A stretch of DNA of 64,000 bases from IMG/VR virus record IMGVR_UViG_3300033495_000700. One strand, 5' to 3'. Shown here in pieces: positions 1 through 8,793 of this stretch (the stretch's first letter is position 1; each line of letters opens with the position of its first letter). The stretch comes from a virus (lineage: Duplodnaviria > Heunggongvirae > Uroviricota > Caudoviricetes). The notes under the pieces are model-generated. The model did not search any database. It worked only from the letters and a program-made list of their open reading frames with translations, and was not told where the DNA came from. Both the position numbers and the translations under genes were made by a program.

Positions 1-162
1 ATCTTCTGCTTGTTCCATTAGCCCACACATTTCTCGAACAATCAACTCGGCGAACTTTTCCTTGTCAAATTCCTGAGCGGTATGGTAACCGCGTTCACTA
101 TCATAAAAATTTACAGTGACAATAGTTGCCTGGTCGATCAGGTCTTTAATTCGTTCGTTCAT
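1..162 (-). CDS. HFGVE-family small protein paralog; the gene's 3' end (C-terminus of the protein) runs off the window's left edge
   Basis: Reverse complement of 121-162 reads MNERIKDLIDQATI... with the same N-terminal motif as the 451..705, 896..1123 and 11463..11684 paralogs. Its ATG at 162..160 overlaps the TGA of the next small ORF. Confidence 0.55.
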   Translation of the reverse strand, partial: MNERIKDLIDQATIVTVNFYDSERGYHTAQEFDKEKFAELIVREMCGLMEQAED

Positions 163-281
163 AAAAACCACTCCTTGTAAATCCAAGCCACAATACAAGC
201 AACATTGAACCATACAGCAAACAATACCATGTAGAGCAACACCTGAGCCCGGCGTCCTGCTTGTTCACCTTCGTTCATCAT
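159..281 (-). CDS. small hydrophobic (membrane) protein, 40 aa, not in ORF track
   Basis: ATG at 281..279 overlaps the TGA of the upstream gene (ATGA). Translation is MNEGEQAGRRAQVLLYMVLFAVWFNVACIVAWIYKEWFL*, and its TGA overlaps the ATG of the 1..162 gene. Confidence 0.35.
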   Translation of the reverse strand: MMNEGEQAGRRAQVLLYMVLFAVWFNVACIVAWIYKEWFL

Positions 282-454
282 TCAACTCCGAAATGTTTCT
301 TCGCGGCATTCCATCCATACTGAAACGCTTCCCATTCTAGTTCATCGTAACCATAAGCACCTGTCATAACACTGTGCGACCTTGAATCCGATGTGTCGTC
401 GAGGAACTTGTCAAACATATCTGATTGTTCTTCAGTGTCCCAATCTTTTTTCAT
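278..454 (-). CDS. HFGVE-family small protein paralog (58 aa), not in ORF track
   Basis: ATG at 454..452 overlaps the stop of the 451..705 gene. Translation is MKKDWDTEEQSDMFDKFLDDTSDSRSHSVMTGAYGYDELEWEAFQYGWNAAKKHFGVE*. The conserved 3' DNA motif ttcaactccgaaatgtt lies at 281-297. Confidence 0.5.
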   Translation of the reverse strand: MKKDWDTEEQSDMFDKFLDDTSDSRSHSVMTGAYGYDELEWEAFQYGWNAAKKHFGVE

Positions 455-705
455 TCTTCAACTCCGAAATGTTCTTTAATCCCGTCAATCATCTTTTCAC
501 AAGCACGGTCATAACCAATAACATAATGTGTATCAGTTGCTGGTTCACCCCTAACCTCAGAGGCAATGTCAATACATTCTCGAACAATCAACTCGGCGGT
601 ACGATTTTGGATGTCTTTGATCCTGTCGTAACCCAACGCTACCCAAGTCTCGGGCACCAGTTCGTCTAATACCTGTTCAGCAAGTTCTCGAATTCGTTCG
701 TTCAT
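451..705 (-). CDS. HFGVE-family small protein paralog (84 aa)
   Basis: Begins MNERIRELAEQ... and ends ...IKEHFGVEE. Conserved family termini and ATGA coupling at both ends. Confidence 0.65.
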   Translation of the reverse strand: MNERIRELAEQVLDELVPETWVALGYDRIKDIQNRTAELIVRECIDIASEVRGEPATDTHYVIGYDRACEKMIDGIKEHFGVEE

Positions 706-896
706 CTACGACTCCAAGCAATATACCCACCGTTGGTATCGCTCCATGGGCAATACTGTTCCCACAATGCTGTTGCAGCCGCAGGATCATCATGGCTTTT
801 CATCAACTGATCCAGCTTGGGTCGAGTAAAGCAACCAGCAGAACTGTGTGCAGAACTCCAGTCTTGTGTGTTCAATGCAGTTTCAAGTTTGTTCAT
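702..896 (-). CDS. hypothetical protein
   Basis: 64-aa ORF joined to its neighbours by start/stop overlap. Confidence 0.45.
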   Translation of the reverse strand: MNKLETALNTQDWSSAHSSAGCFTRPKLDQLMKSHDDPAAATALWEQYCPWSDTNGGYIAWSRR

Positions 897-1123
897 TATT
901 CAACTCCAAAATGTTTTTTAATTGCATCTGCTGTCAGATTAGTATTGGTCTTTATCTCCATTCCTGTCCTATTGTTGTTGGCAACTTCAAGACATTCTTT
1001 TACCATCAATTCAGCAAACTTTTCTGCCACAATCATATCAAAATTACGGTCAATGTCTTTGTTGTCATCTGTGTTGGCAAGTTTAGAAGCCTGTTTCAAA
1101 AGTTCTAGAATTCGTTGGTTCAC
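896..1123 (-). CDS. HFGVE-family small protein paralog (75 aa)
   Basis: Begins MNQRILELLKQ... and ends ...IKKHFGVE. The DNA motif ttcaactccaaaatgtt sits at its 3' end. Confidence 0.65.
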   Translation of the reverse strand: MNQRILELLKQASKLANTDDNKDIDRNFDMIVAEKFAELMVKECLEVANNNRTGMEIKTNTNLTADAIKKHFGVE

Positions 1124-1124
1124 G

Positions 1125-1328
1125 TTATCTACCTACCGCAATCATTCGAACCCGCAATGCATTCAAACTTGACTGTATAGTCATAAGTTCTGCCAACGCT
1201 TTGGTATAATGACCATTGGGATGTTTGTCATGACCCAGCTTGCGATCCACACCCAGTGCCATTTTAACTGAGGCAATGGCTGTATCAACTGCTTCAATTC
1301 GTGCTTCGAGTTTTTCTAAGTCTGTCAT
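1125..1328 (-). CDS. hypothetical protein
   Basis: 67-aa ORF, start/stop coupled to the neighbours. Confidence 0.45.
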   Translation of the reverse strand: MTDLEKLEARIEAVDTAIASVKMALGVDRKLGHDKHPNGHYTKALAELMTIQSSLNALRVRMIAVGR

Positions 1329-1837
1329 TATTCAACTCCTATTATACTGCGAGCGCGAGCCATCAATATGGCGTCACCGCGGGTTAATATTTGCAACAAC
1401 ATGCGTTTTTCTGCCAAATATACTTGGGCGAATGCAGGGTCGTGGGCCATGATGCTGCCACTGTTGGCAATCAAGTCAGCCAACTTTACAGTTTGTGCAG
1501 CAGCAGGTGCGCAGGCAATATGGTCACGATCCAGAGCCTTGCGAACAGCCCTGTTGCCGTGTTCAGGAGTGCTGACATCAGTCAACCATCCTACCAATTC
1601 TGCAACTTGGTGGCCAAATTCCACGTGGATATCCACAATGCTAACACCTGTGTCTTCTACGGTGTCGTGCAACCAAGCCGCAGCCAACATTTCATCAGTG
1701 TGTGGCACACTGGCAACAATGCCGGCAACTTCAGTAGGATGCACTATGTACGGTTCAAATGTATACTTTCGTACTTGTTTGACTGCAGCGTGAGCAGCAG
1801 TTGCAAATACTCGGGCTCGTTCTACCATGGTCATCAC
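1328..1837 (-). CDS. HD-domain metal-dependent phosphohydrolase, SpoT/RelA-type (p)ppGpp hydrolase-like
   Basis: [28 protein letters not shown] ... [14 protein letters not shown] matches the H...HDxxED signature of the HD superfamily. RBS and promoter lie upstream. Confidence 0.7.
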   Translation of the reverse strand: MMTMVERARVFATAAHAAVKQVRKYTFEPYIVHPTEVAGIVASVPHTDEMLAAAWLHDTVEDTGVSIVDIHVEFGHQVAELVGWLTDVSTPEHGNRAVRKALDRDHIACAPAAAQTVKLADLIANSGSIMAHDPAFAQVYLAEKRMLLQILTRGDAILMARARSIIGVE

Positions 1838-1863
1838 ATGCTCCTTTGTCGGTCTATGTTTGT

Positions 1864-1892
1864 ATTATAACAACAAGAGCAATACTGGTCAA
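1864..1892 (-). promoter_or_regulatory. sigma70-like early promoter (-35 TTGACC, 17-nt spacer, -10 TATAAT)
   Basis: Minus-strand reading ggTTGACCagtattgctcttgttgtTATAATaca, directly upstream of the 1328..1837 gene. Confidence 0.65.
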
Positions 1893-1972
1893 CCAACAGT
1901 GATAAATAAAAGTGTAGTTCGCGAGCCCTTAACCTCTCCAACTACTCTAACAGTTTATAAGGAACTATCAGC

Positions 1973-2632
1973 ATGAATATTTATTCAAGAAAAAATCACC
2001 CTTCGGGATTTTATGTATACGCATATATGCGAAAAGACGGTACGCCCTATTATATTGGTAAAGGAAAAGGTGATCGTCTTATTAAGGACCACAATGTTCC
2101 AATACCAAATAATCACCTAAATATAACCATTATTGAAGAACATTTAACTGACCTTGGTGCGTGTGCCATTGAGCGCAGACTTATTCGTTGGTATGGTCGA
2201 AAAGATAAAAATACCGGAATACTTCGAAATAGAACTGACGGCGGCGAAGGTGCATCTGGTGCTATTCAGTCTTTAGAAAACCGAAAAAAGAAAAGTGATG
2301 CTGCAAAGTTGCGTTGGAAAAATAACCCAATGACCGACGAAGTCAAAGATCGTATTAGGGCCAAACGAGCATTACAGATTACAACAGCCGAGACCAGAGA
2401 AAAAATGAGTAAATCACGTACTGGTAAAAAGAGGACAACAGAACAAATAGAAAACACCCGCCTTGTGCATCTAGGAAGTAAACGAAGCGAAGAAACCAAA
2501 CAGAAAATGCGGGACAGTAAGAAGAATCCAGTGCGAATCAAGTGTAAACATTGCGGATTAGAAGCAGTCACTGTTAATCATAATAGATGGCACGGCAACC
2601 GTTGTAAACAACGTATCAATGATGCCGTTTAA
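1973..2632 (+). CDS. GIY-YIG homing endonuclease (I-TevI-like) with NUMOD3-type C-terminal repeats
   Basis: [25 protein letters not shown] (GIY...YIG...R). Repeats [24 protein letters not shown] and [14 protein letters not shown]. It is a lone plus-strand gene among minus-strand genes. Confidence 0.85.
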   Translation: MNIYSRKNHPSGFYVYAYMRKDGTPYYIGKGKGDRLIKDHNVPIPNNHLNITIIEEHLTDLGACAIERRLIRWYGRKDKNTGILRNRTDGGEGASGAIQSLENRKKKSDAAKLRWKNNPMTDEVKDRIRAKRALQITTAETREKMSKSRTGKKRTTEQIENTRLVHLGSKRSEETKQKMRDSKKNPVRIKCKHCGLEAVTVNHNRWHGNRCKQRINDAV

Positions 2633-3161
2633 TTTCTCTTTTTAAAGCACTTGCAACTACATCATCTAAACTTACTGCAATCATACCAGTAGCGTCCATA
2701 CCTACATCTTGCATTCGATATTTTTCCATACCAGTAGTTCCGCCGTGTAAATGTCCGTGAAGCATAACACTACCACGATGCATCTGATCCCACTCGAGAA
2801 ACGGATAGTGTGACATAACAATTTTAGTGCCGCCATAGTTGATATCCAGATACTTATGGATTTCTGTAAAACAGTTGCGAAACGCAGGATCTTGTAAAGT
2901 CTTGCGGTCGTGGTTGCCTTCAATCAGGATCTTGGATCCATTGCACCTCCGCATGTATTCTGCTGCTTTTTGAGCAGGCAAGAATGCCACATCGCCCAGG
3001 ATGTACACAGTGTCTTCTGGAGCAATCAAGTCGTTCCATTCTTTGACCATTTGCTCGTTCATGTATGTCACGTCATTGCGAAACCGCGCACGTGATTCAG
3101 GACAGAAACTCATGATGTTTTGGTGACCCAGATGCAAATCTGATGTTATCCATGTTTTCAT
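2616..3161 (-). CDS. calcineurin-like metallophosphoesterase (Ser/Thr phosphatase fold)
   Basis: [15 protein letters not shown] ... ILGDVAF ... EGNHD ... HGHLHGG motifs. Start taken at the internal ATG 3161, which has an aaggag RBS. Confidence 0.8.
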   Translation of the reverse strand: MKTWITSDLHLGHQNIMSFCPESRARFRNDVTYMNEQMVKEWNDLIAPEDTVYILGDVAFLPAQKAAEYMRRCNGSKILIEGNHDRKTLQDPAFRNCFTEIHKYLDINYGGTKIVMSHYPFLEWDQMHRGSVMLHGHLHGGTTGMEKYRMQDVGMDATGMIAVSLDDVVASALKREIKRHH

Positions 3162-3162
3162 A

Positions 3163-3414
3163 TTATCTCCTTTTGGTTTGGCCAATACGACTGGCCTTGT
3201 TCCAGGTGTAATCCATCCCGTCGGGAGTCTTACCGTCAACCACAGCATCCACGCCCGGCTTGCCAACTTGAATGGGATCTTCAGCCACCATGGTAACAAA
3301 CACCATGCCTAACTTGCGAAATTCCTCGCTGTACTGCAAGGCTTCGGTCAACGTGTAGGCATTTTTTGCGTGACTCCAATCGGTCACTGGATCTGTGTAG
3401 TAGATTTTAAACAT
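3163..3414 (-). CDS. hypothetical protein
   Basis: ORF 3163..3450 is shortened to the ATG at 3414 because a promoter occupies 3421-3450. Confidence 0.4.
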   Translation of the reverse strand: MFKIYYTDPVTDWSHAKNAYTLTEALQYSEEFRKLGMVFVTMVAEDPIQVGKPGVDAVVDGKTPDGMDYTWNKASRIGQTKRR

Positions 3415-3420
3415 AGTGCT

Positions 3421-3450
3421 ATTATATAGTACATGCGATATTCTGGTCAA
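3421..3450 (-). promoter_or_regulatory. sigma70-like promoter (TTGACC, N18, TATAAT)
   Basis: Minus-strand reading cgcTTGACCagaatatcgcatgtactaTATAATagc. Confidence 0.45.
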
Positions 3451-3459
3451 GCGGAGTTG

Positions 3460-3834
3460 TTATATAAATCCATCATCTGGATAGGGTTCTACAGTCCACC
3501 CTATGGCAAACAAGTCTTGACGGATCTCATCGGTAATAAAACTCTCGCCCACATATGAATTATTATTATTGTCTGTCCCTATTATGCCCGAGCAGTACCA
3601 ATCCATGTAATCACCTTGCTGCCGAATATTGGCAATGATTCCACCAGCTGATCTCCAACTGCGAGACCAGTAGTGATCGGCAATCCTGGGCCAAACATCG
3701 TTTTTTTGGAACAGATTATTACACATGGCCGCATAGAAGTTCTGAGCGTATGTGTCGCTGTCAATTATCTTCTGTGCCATCCATTTGCTGGCTATAATGT
3801 CTCGCTCGAGATCATTTACTGGATCGTCTTTCAT
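3460..3834 (-). CDS. hypothetical protein
   Basis: 124-aa ORF. Confidence 0.45.
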   Translation of the reverse strand: MKDDPVNDLERDIIASKWMAQKIIDSDTYAQNFYAAMCNNLFQKNDVWPRIADHYWSRSWRSAGGIIANIRQQGDYMDWYCSGIIGTDNNNNSYVGESFITDEIRQDLFAIGWTVEPYPDDGFI

Positions 3835-4034
3835 TGCAGCATGCGTGGTTTGTCAAGGAGATTATGTTGTACGTGATCTGGAAGATCTTCCAAATCAACT
3901 TTTCTGCTTTGCGCAGCAAGTTCGTCAGGGGTCATGGATTCAAACATCTGTTCAAGTTCTGCTTTCAAAGCATCCAGTTCTTGCTGAGTGCCATCAAAGT
4001 CATCAAACGCCCCGGGTGCAAACTGTACTTTCAT
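3831..4034 (-). CDS. hypothetical acidic protein
   Basis: 67-aa ORF whose start overlaps the upstream stop. Confidence 0.45.
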   Translation of the reverse strand: MKVQFAPGAFDDFDGTQQELDALKAELEQMFESMTPDELAAQSRKVDLEDLPDHVQHNLLDKPRMLQ

Positions 4035-4068
4035 AATGTATCCTTGTGAAAAATGGTGGGATGTTTTG

Positions 4069-4141
4069 TTGGACCCTCCGGACTCGAACCGGAACCTTAC
4101 AAATTATGAGTTTGCGGCACTAACCATTATGCTAGAGTCCA
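4069..4141 (-). tRNA. tRNA-Met (anticodon CAU; could also be a lysidine-modified Ile2 type)
   Basis: Hand-folded from the reverse complement. 7-bp acceptor stem TGGACTC/GGGTCCA, D-stem GCAT/GTGC, anticodon stem GCAAA/TTTGT with loop CTCATAA, and a T-arm TCCGG-TTCGAGT-CCGGA. 73 nt; no CCA encoded. Confidence 0.75.
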
Positions 4142-4166
4142 ACAAAACACCCTTTCCTAAGTGTTT

Positions 4167-4195
4167 ATTATAGTTGATCTTTATTTAACCGTCAA
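4167..4195 (-). promoter_or_regulatory. sigma70-like promoter upstream of the tRNA (TTGACG, N17, TATAAT)
   Basis: Minus-strand reading cacTTGACGgttaaataaagatcaacTATAATaaacac. Confidence 0.6.
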
Positions 4196-4220
4196 GTGCT
4201 TTTTAACACTATTTCAGGTA

Positions 4221-5132
4221 TTATTCTTGCGGTGCAAAATTGGGTAGTAGAAATTCTTGTACTCTTGGCAACGTAAACAGCATGGGAGGCAGTTGATCCA
4301 CTGGAAACCGTTTCAAAATTGATTCTGGTTCCCAGGCCAAACTTTCACCTTCTTCAAATTTAAATCCTTGTGCAGCATGCCGTTGATGCCCCTGATTCGG
4401 TGCATGTGCATATGATCGGCTTTTGACTTGGATCCGGGCATTACCGCCCATCCAACTAAAATGCCACCCAAATTCATCAAATATTTCTCCTCCTATGGTG
4501 GGAGTGACTACCTCAGCTGGCACATGATAACTACAACGAATACGATGCGGGGTTGTTTTTTGTATTATAGATTTTTTACAAATACTCATGGCCGTACGCC
4601 AAACAAATGGCCAACCTGCTCGCGCATATGGTCGCAAGTCGGCTCTGCCGTACAGATTGATCAACGGCAACTTCACAACTGTATCAGGGTTATTCTTGGC
4701 AATGTTCAGAGCAAATTGAATATGATCAGGATTGATGATCTCATCACAATCACTCATCAAAATCCAGTCATTAAGATCAAATTTGTAAAGTACCTTCTGC
4801 AATGCATTGCGCTGAATTCGATCTCGTGCCACAGCTTGTATAGACACGATATCTGCACGGTCTTCAGGAAATTGTGCCTCAAAGTCATGTTGTTCCAACT
4901 GCAAATTAACATCGTCGGCCATGTGTACTTCAACCACTGTGATTTTTTCTGCAGGAAGTCCCAATTCAGCAATCAAATTTTTCAATTGATACTGCCTGGG
5001 TATAGCAGTGTGTGTCATATTGGATTCTGAAATCACAAAATGATCCACGTGATCTTTCAACAGATTAATTCTGAATTCTAACAATTCACGTTCGTTGAAG
5101 TAGGGAAAATAATCAATAAGTTGACCCGCCAT
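4221..5132 (-). CDS. glycosyltransferase family 17-like (bisecting GlcNAc-transferase fold)
   Basis: YFPYFNERELLEFRINLLKDHVDHFVISESNMT, MSDCDEIINPD and FSWMGG resemble the MGAT3/GT17 signature segments. Start at ATG 5132 with an AAGAAAGG RBS. Confidence 0.6.
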   Translation of the reverse strand: MAGQLIDYFPYFNERELLEFRINLLKDHVDHFVISESNMTHTAIPRQYQLKNLIAELGLPAEKITVVEVHMADDVNLQLEQHDFEAQFPEDRADIVSIQAVARDRIQRNALQKVLYKFDLNDWILMSDCDEIINPDHIQFALNIAKNNPDTVVKLPLINLYGRADLRPYARAGWPFVWRTAMSICKKSIIQKTTPHRIRCSYHVPAEVVTPTIGGEIFDEFGWHFSWMGGNARIQVKSRSYAHAPNQGHQRHAAQGFKFEEGESLAWEPESILKRFPVDQLPPMLFTLPRVQEFLLPNFAPQE

Positions 5133-5134
5133 AG

Positions 5135-5431
5135 TTACCTTTCTTGTTGTTTCAAAATCCACATGGTCAAATCTGGACCACCAATCAACACACATTGTTT
5201 TGTGTATTTAAGATACCCAGTGCCCGATCGATATCCAGACTGGGACATAAGTGGAATCACCCTTACCTGTCTTGGTGTGATCTTGATCACTTTACCTACC
5301 ATCATTGAGTTATGATGCGTGAATGCAACTGCATCTCCTTCCACAACTTCGCGACCCAGCAGATCGCAGTGCAATTCAATTTCAACTTGCATTCCAGATC
5401 TCCTGGTACCCTTCTTCCAACGACGGTTCAT
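5135..5431 (-). CDS. hypothetical protein
   Basis: 98-aa ORF; start uncertain. Confidence 0.35.
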   Translation of the reverse strand: MNRRWKKGTRRSGMQVEIELHCDLLGREVVEGDAVAFTHHNSMMVGKVIKITPRQVRVIPLMSQSGYRSGTGYLKYTKQCVLIGGPDLTMWILKQQER

Positions 5432-5846
5432 GCCACCCGTTGATCATGCCACGCATCACATGGTCGGGGATGCTCTTGCCAACTCGACTGGCCAACCGGC
5501 GAGCTAACTCAGTTGAATCAGGAGTACGAAACACCACGGCAATATGCTCGTAATTGGGCAGCATGTTGAACTTTTTCTTGCGGCTTTTGATTGTGGTACT
5601 GGTTTGATCCCAGATTATGGTATGCCCGTGCTCACGTGCAAATACCACCTGTTCTATCATTAAATCCACAGCCGTGGGCATGTAATCCTCGAACACTTGA
5701 TTGTAAGTTTTGCCTTGTGCTCTGGCATAGTGTTCTACAAACGCATCTGTAGACACTACAGTCAGCCCCAGTGCCCAATCTTGGTTCTTGATCCATGTGC
5801 TTTTGCCCGAACCTGGCACTCCCACTAAAACATACACTCTCGGCAT
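5382..5846 (-). CDS. polynucleotide 5'-kinase (T4 Pnk kinase-domain-like P-loop kinase)
   Basis: [22 protein letters not shown] compares well with T4 Pnk [21 protein letters not shown]. Start moved to ATG 5846. Confidence 0.7.
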   Translation of the reverse strand: [154 protein letters not shown]

Positions 5847-5955
5847 TATTTTTCTACCACTTGATATTGGCTCATTGGGTAGCGTTTTTGCAACCATTCC
5901 ACAAGTCCTGGCTCCCACGGCAATTCGATTGATCTGTTACGGTTGGTAATGTATT

Positions 5956-6174
5956 TCATTGTTCATGTCCTAGTGTTGCTGGACTGTGATCCAGCCAATC
6001 CCGATTGTCATCTGAATAAAAGAATGCATCAGGATCAGTTATTGTAACACACAAATCACTATGGGTCAAATCATAGTCTGTAAACACTGTGCCGTCGTAC
6101 ACACGAAAATAATAGTTACCATCAAAAGAACGTATCAAATGTCCTTCCACACCGTTGGCTAGCTTAGAGGTCAT
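5956..6174 (-). CDS. hypothetical protein
   Basis: 72-aa ORF. Confidence 0.4.
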   Translation of the reverse strand: MTSKLANGVEGHLIRSFDGNYYFRVYDGTVFTDYDLTHSDLCVTITDPDAFFYSDDNRDWLDHSPATLGHEQ

Positions 6175-6365
6175 TCTTCAACTCCAAAATGTTTTTTAAT
6201 TTCCTGCACAGTGAGATTGGCAGGATACTTGGTTTCGAGATCTATCATGATTTTGCAACATTCATTTATCAACAGTTTGGCAAATCTTTCCAGTTGCTGA
6301 CTGTTCACAGTGGGATAGTGGCTGCCTCCTGCTTGTAGGGCTAGTTCTTTAATTTGTTTGTTCAT
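6171..6365 (-). CDS. HFGVE-family small protein paralog (64 aa)
   Basis: Begins MNKQIKELALQ... and ends ...IKKHFGVEE. Confidence 0.65.
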   Translation of the reverse strand: MNKQIKELALQAGGSHYPTVNSQQLERFAKLLINECCKIMIDLETKYPANLTVQEIKKHFGVEE

Positions 6366-6721
6366 TCTTTGTGCCAGTTACCTTGCAAACAATGCAAGAA
6401 CTCATGTCCAGCCATACGCATGTCTACCATCTCAGGCAAGATCATAGTGCAACGATCCGGTGTGAACCATGTGCATGCCAACGCTCCACTGGGGAATCCA
6501 TCGAATCCAAACTTGTGACTTTGGGCATCACATGCAGCTTGAATCTCGGAAGCCTTGACATAACGTACCACCACTTGTGTTTTGTTGGTGATATTCTTTT
6601 TCATATCAAACACACGCCATGGAGAGTTGTCAAACTCCCACAGGGTCAGGCCGTGATCCAGGTGTTGGCTGCAACCAGCAGTCACGATCAATGCAACAGA
6701 TACCAAAAGAGTTTTAAACAT
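6362..6721 (-). CDS. putative lipoprotein with HExxH metallopeptidase-like motif
   Basis: N-terminus LLVSVALIVTAGC looks like a lipobox signal; HEFLH motif near the C-terminus. Confidence 0.45.
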   Translation of the reverse strand: MFKTLLVSVALIVTAGCSQHLDHGLTLWEFDNSPWRVFDMKKNITNKTQVVVRYVKASEIQAACDAQSHKFGFDGFPSGALACTWFTPDRCTMILPEMVDMRMAGHEFLHCLQGNWHKE

Positions 6722-6724
6722 AAA

Positions 6725-7741
6725 TCACTTCTCTCCCAGCAAATATTTGTTAGAGATTGTCTTGAACGACATTCCACCACGCACTTCCTTGAACACAATG
6801 CCTTCACGCTGGGTGTTGCCAAGTTTTGACTCACCTTCAGCCCATTGCAAGAGTTCATCAACTGAGCCTACACCTAGGTCTTTGTCAATCAACAGCACAG
6901 GAACATGCAGTAGACCCATACTATCAATCAAAGCACGACGGTACACCGGCTGCACATATTCACCAGTTTGAATATTGTAAACATCAAACACACGGAACTG
7001 GGGCTTGGACAGTTTGTAAATGTTGCCTTGGATTCCGGGACCAATCAACTCACCTTGAACGGCCCAGTTGCGTCTGCGTGTGGTGGAGTCGCGCATCTTT
7101 TGTTCAATCTGCTCTTGGCGAGCAACTTGCCAGAATGTGTTATCAGCAGTTTCTTTCAAGTCCAAGTTACGTGAGCATACACCGAACACACCATCAATCA
7201 AGTACACAGTCATTGAAGAGCCTTCCAGCTTTTCAGTAATCTCAAACTGAGTGCCAGCTTGTGCAGCAGCAAGGATTTCTCCAACAAGATTCTGCGCACG
7301 TTCCTGATCAGTCTTGGGAATCAGTGATGGGAAGTTGCCCTTGGCCATGCCAGCCAGCTGAGCATTCATTGGGCGTTCCCACTTGACGATACCAAGTGTT
7401 TCGGAAACGTCATCACCTTCCACAAAAGAATTAGTTTGTGGAATAACAGAGTCAAGATTCAGCAACAACCCTTGGCTCAGTTGACCACGTAGTTTTACTG
7501 TACGCAGACGTTCGCCGCGGATGCCTTCAAACTCTCGAGGCTCTTTGCCCTTGGATAGGAATGGTGCAAGCTCTGTAGGGATCCAAGAGTCAATCTCACA
7601 ATACACTGCTAGATTGCCCACTGAGAATTCGCCCTTTTTAACAACAACCTTCCATCCACCAATGCTAGCGCATTCGATAGCATCTGCACCCTCAATGGGA
7701 TTCAGTGCATCAATTTGTCGAATAGTGGCCATTTTACGCAT
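6725..7741 (-). CDS. ATP-dependent RNA ligase (T4 Rnl1-like)
   Basis: TEKLEGSSMTVY resembles the T4 Rnl1 motif I LTKEDGSLVSTY. EGIVFKEVRGGMSFKTISNKY resembles EGYVAVMKDGSHFKIKS. Confidence 0.6.
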   Translation of the reverse strand: MRKMATIRQIDALNPIEGADAIECASIGGWKVVVKKGEFSVGNLAVYCEIDSWIPTELAPFLSKGKEPREFEGIRGERLRTVKLRGQLSQGLLLNLDSVIPQTNSFVEGDDVSETLGIVKWERPMNAQLAGMAKGNFPSLIPKTDQERAQNLVGEILAAAQAGTQFEITEKLEGSSMTVYLIDGVFGVCSRNLDLKETADNTFWQVARQEQIEQKMRDSTTRRRNWAVQGELIGPGIQGNIYKLSKPQFRVFDVYNIQTGEYVQPVYRRALIDSMGLLHVPVLLIDKDLGVGSVDELLQWAEGESKLGNTQREGIVFKEVRGGMSFKTISNKYLLGEK

Positions 7742-7743
7742 TT

Positions 7744-7950
7744 TTATTTCCTTCCAATCTTTGATACCACATTGGCCTTGCTCACTTGCAATTGATAAAG
7801 GAACCTACGGTATGTGCGTAATGCTGCAATACTCATTGGATCTTCCTTGCCTTCTAGCTCAGCAATCTTTGCTTCTAGCTCTTGTTCTTTTGCACGGTGG
7901 CGCTCGATATCTGCATTGAGACCTTTTGCTTTGTTCCAAAAGTATTTCAT
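7744..7950 (-). CDS. hypothetical protein
   Basis: Start taken at ATG 7950 with an AGGAGAA RBS, because the promoter sits at 7984-8012. Confidence 0.45.
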   Translation of the reverse strand: MKYFWNKAKGLNADIERHRAKEQELEAKIAELEGKEDPMSIAALRTYRRFLYQLQVSKANVVSKIGRK

Positions 7951-7983
7951 ACCGTTCTCCTGTTTGTTACTGTGTATGGGTTT

Positions 7984-8012
7984 ATTATACAACCAAAACA
8001 ATAACCGGTCAA
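7984..8012 (-). promoter_or_regulatory. sigma70-like early promoter (TTGACC N17 TATAAT)
   Basis: Minus-strand reading ctggTTGACCggttattgttttggttgTATAATaaa. Confidence 0.65.
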
Positions 8013-8025
8013 CCAGTAGGGTTTT

Positions 8026-8544
8026 TCAGCTACCCGTGCTCAGCACCAGTGTGCGAGGATCTTCTGCATCCGGTGCAAAGCCTTCAATGAACACATGATG
8101 GTCATCACCGCTATCACGGATACAGGCATTGGCTGCGATCCATATAGCCGACCAAGTTGAGCCATTGATGCTACAGCTCACAGGATTCTTACCCCAATGA
8201 TTCTTGTAGACCATACGATCTGCACCTTCGTAAGGGTGACGATCAGAGAGATTGTCTGCTTCGTAAACACTCCATTCACTATTGTCCATGCCCAGTTGCC
8301 GACCCACATCACTGTAATGATTGGACTTGCGATCCATAGAGTCATTGTCCTCTTGGTAAGCACGATCAAGACCTCGACGAATTTCGCTGGCACCGTGAGC
8401 CAATCGTTTGTACAGTTCGGGATTGATCACTGGTTCAAGATGCCGAACAGCACTCTCAAGTTCACAAAGGCCGTTATGAATAGTCGTAAATTCTTCAGCG
8501 GTAAGAGTAGGATTGTGATACATTTTGGCTCCTGGATTATACAA
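8026..8544 (-). CDS. hypothetical protein
   Basis: 172-aa ORF. Confidence 0.45.
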   Translation of the reverse strand: MYNPGAKMYHNPTLTAEEFTTIHNGLCELESAVRHLEPVINPELYKRLAHGASEIRRGLDRAYQEDNDSMDRKSNHYSDVGRQLGMDNSEWSVYEADNLSDRHPYEGADRMVYKNHWGKNPVSCSINGSTWSAIWIAANACIRDSGDDHHVFIEGFAPDAEDPRTLVLSTGS

Positions 8545-8793
8545 TCAATTGTAGTCAGTATCGAGTTCGAATTGATCGTCGTAACGGGCCTCGCCGCCGG
8601 TGTCTCTGCACCACTGCTCGTACTCCACAGCATCCTCTTGCTCACGCCGACGCACAATAGCGTAGGCTTCAGTGTAGGAGGTGCCTTGGGCCATCAAGTC
8701 TACCATCTGTGCTTCAAACTCTTCCATGCTGTAGAACATAGTGTGCTCCTTAATAACTCTGGTGGCTGTGACCAATTCGGTATACTGCACCAC
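8545..8793 (-). CDS. hypothetical protein
   Basis: 82-aa ORF. Confidence 0.45.
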   Translation of the reverse strand: MVQYTELVTATRVIKEHTMFYSMEEFEAQMVDLMAQGTSYTEAYAIVRRREQEDAVEYEQWCRDTGGEARYDDQFELDTDYN

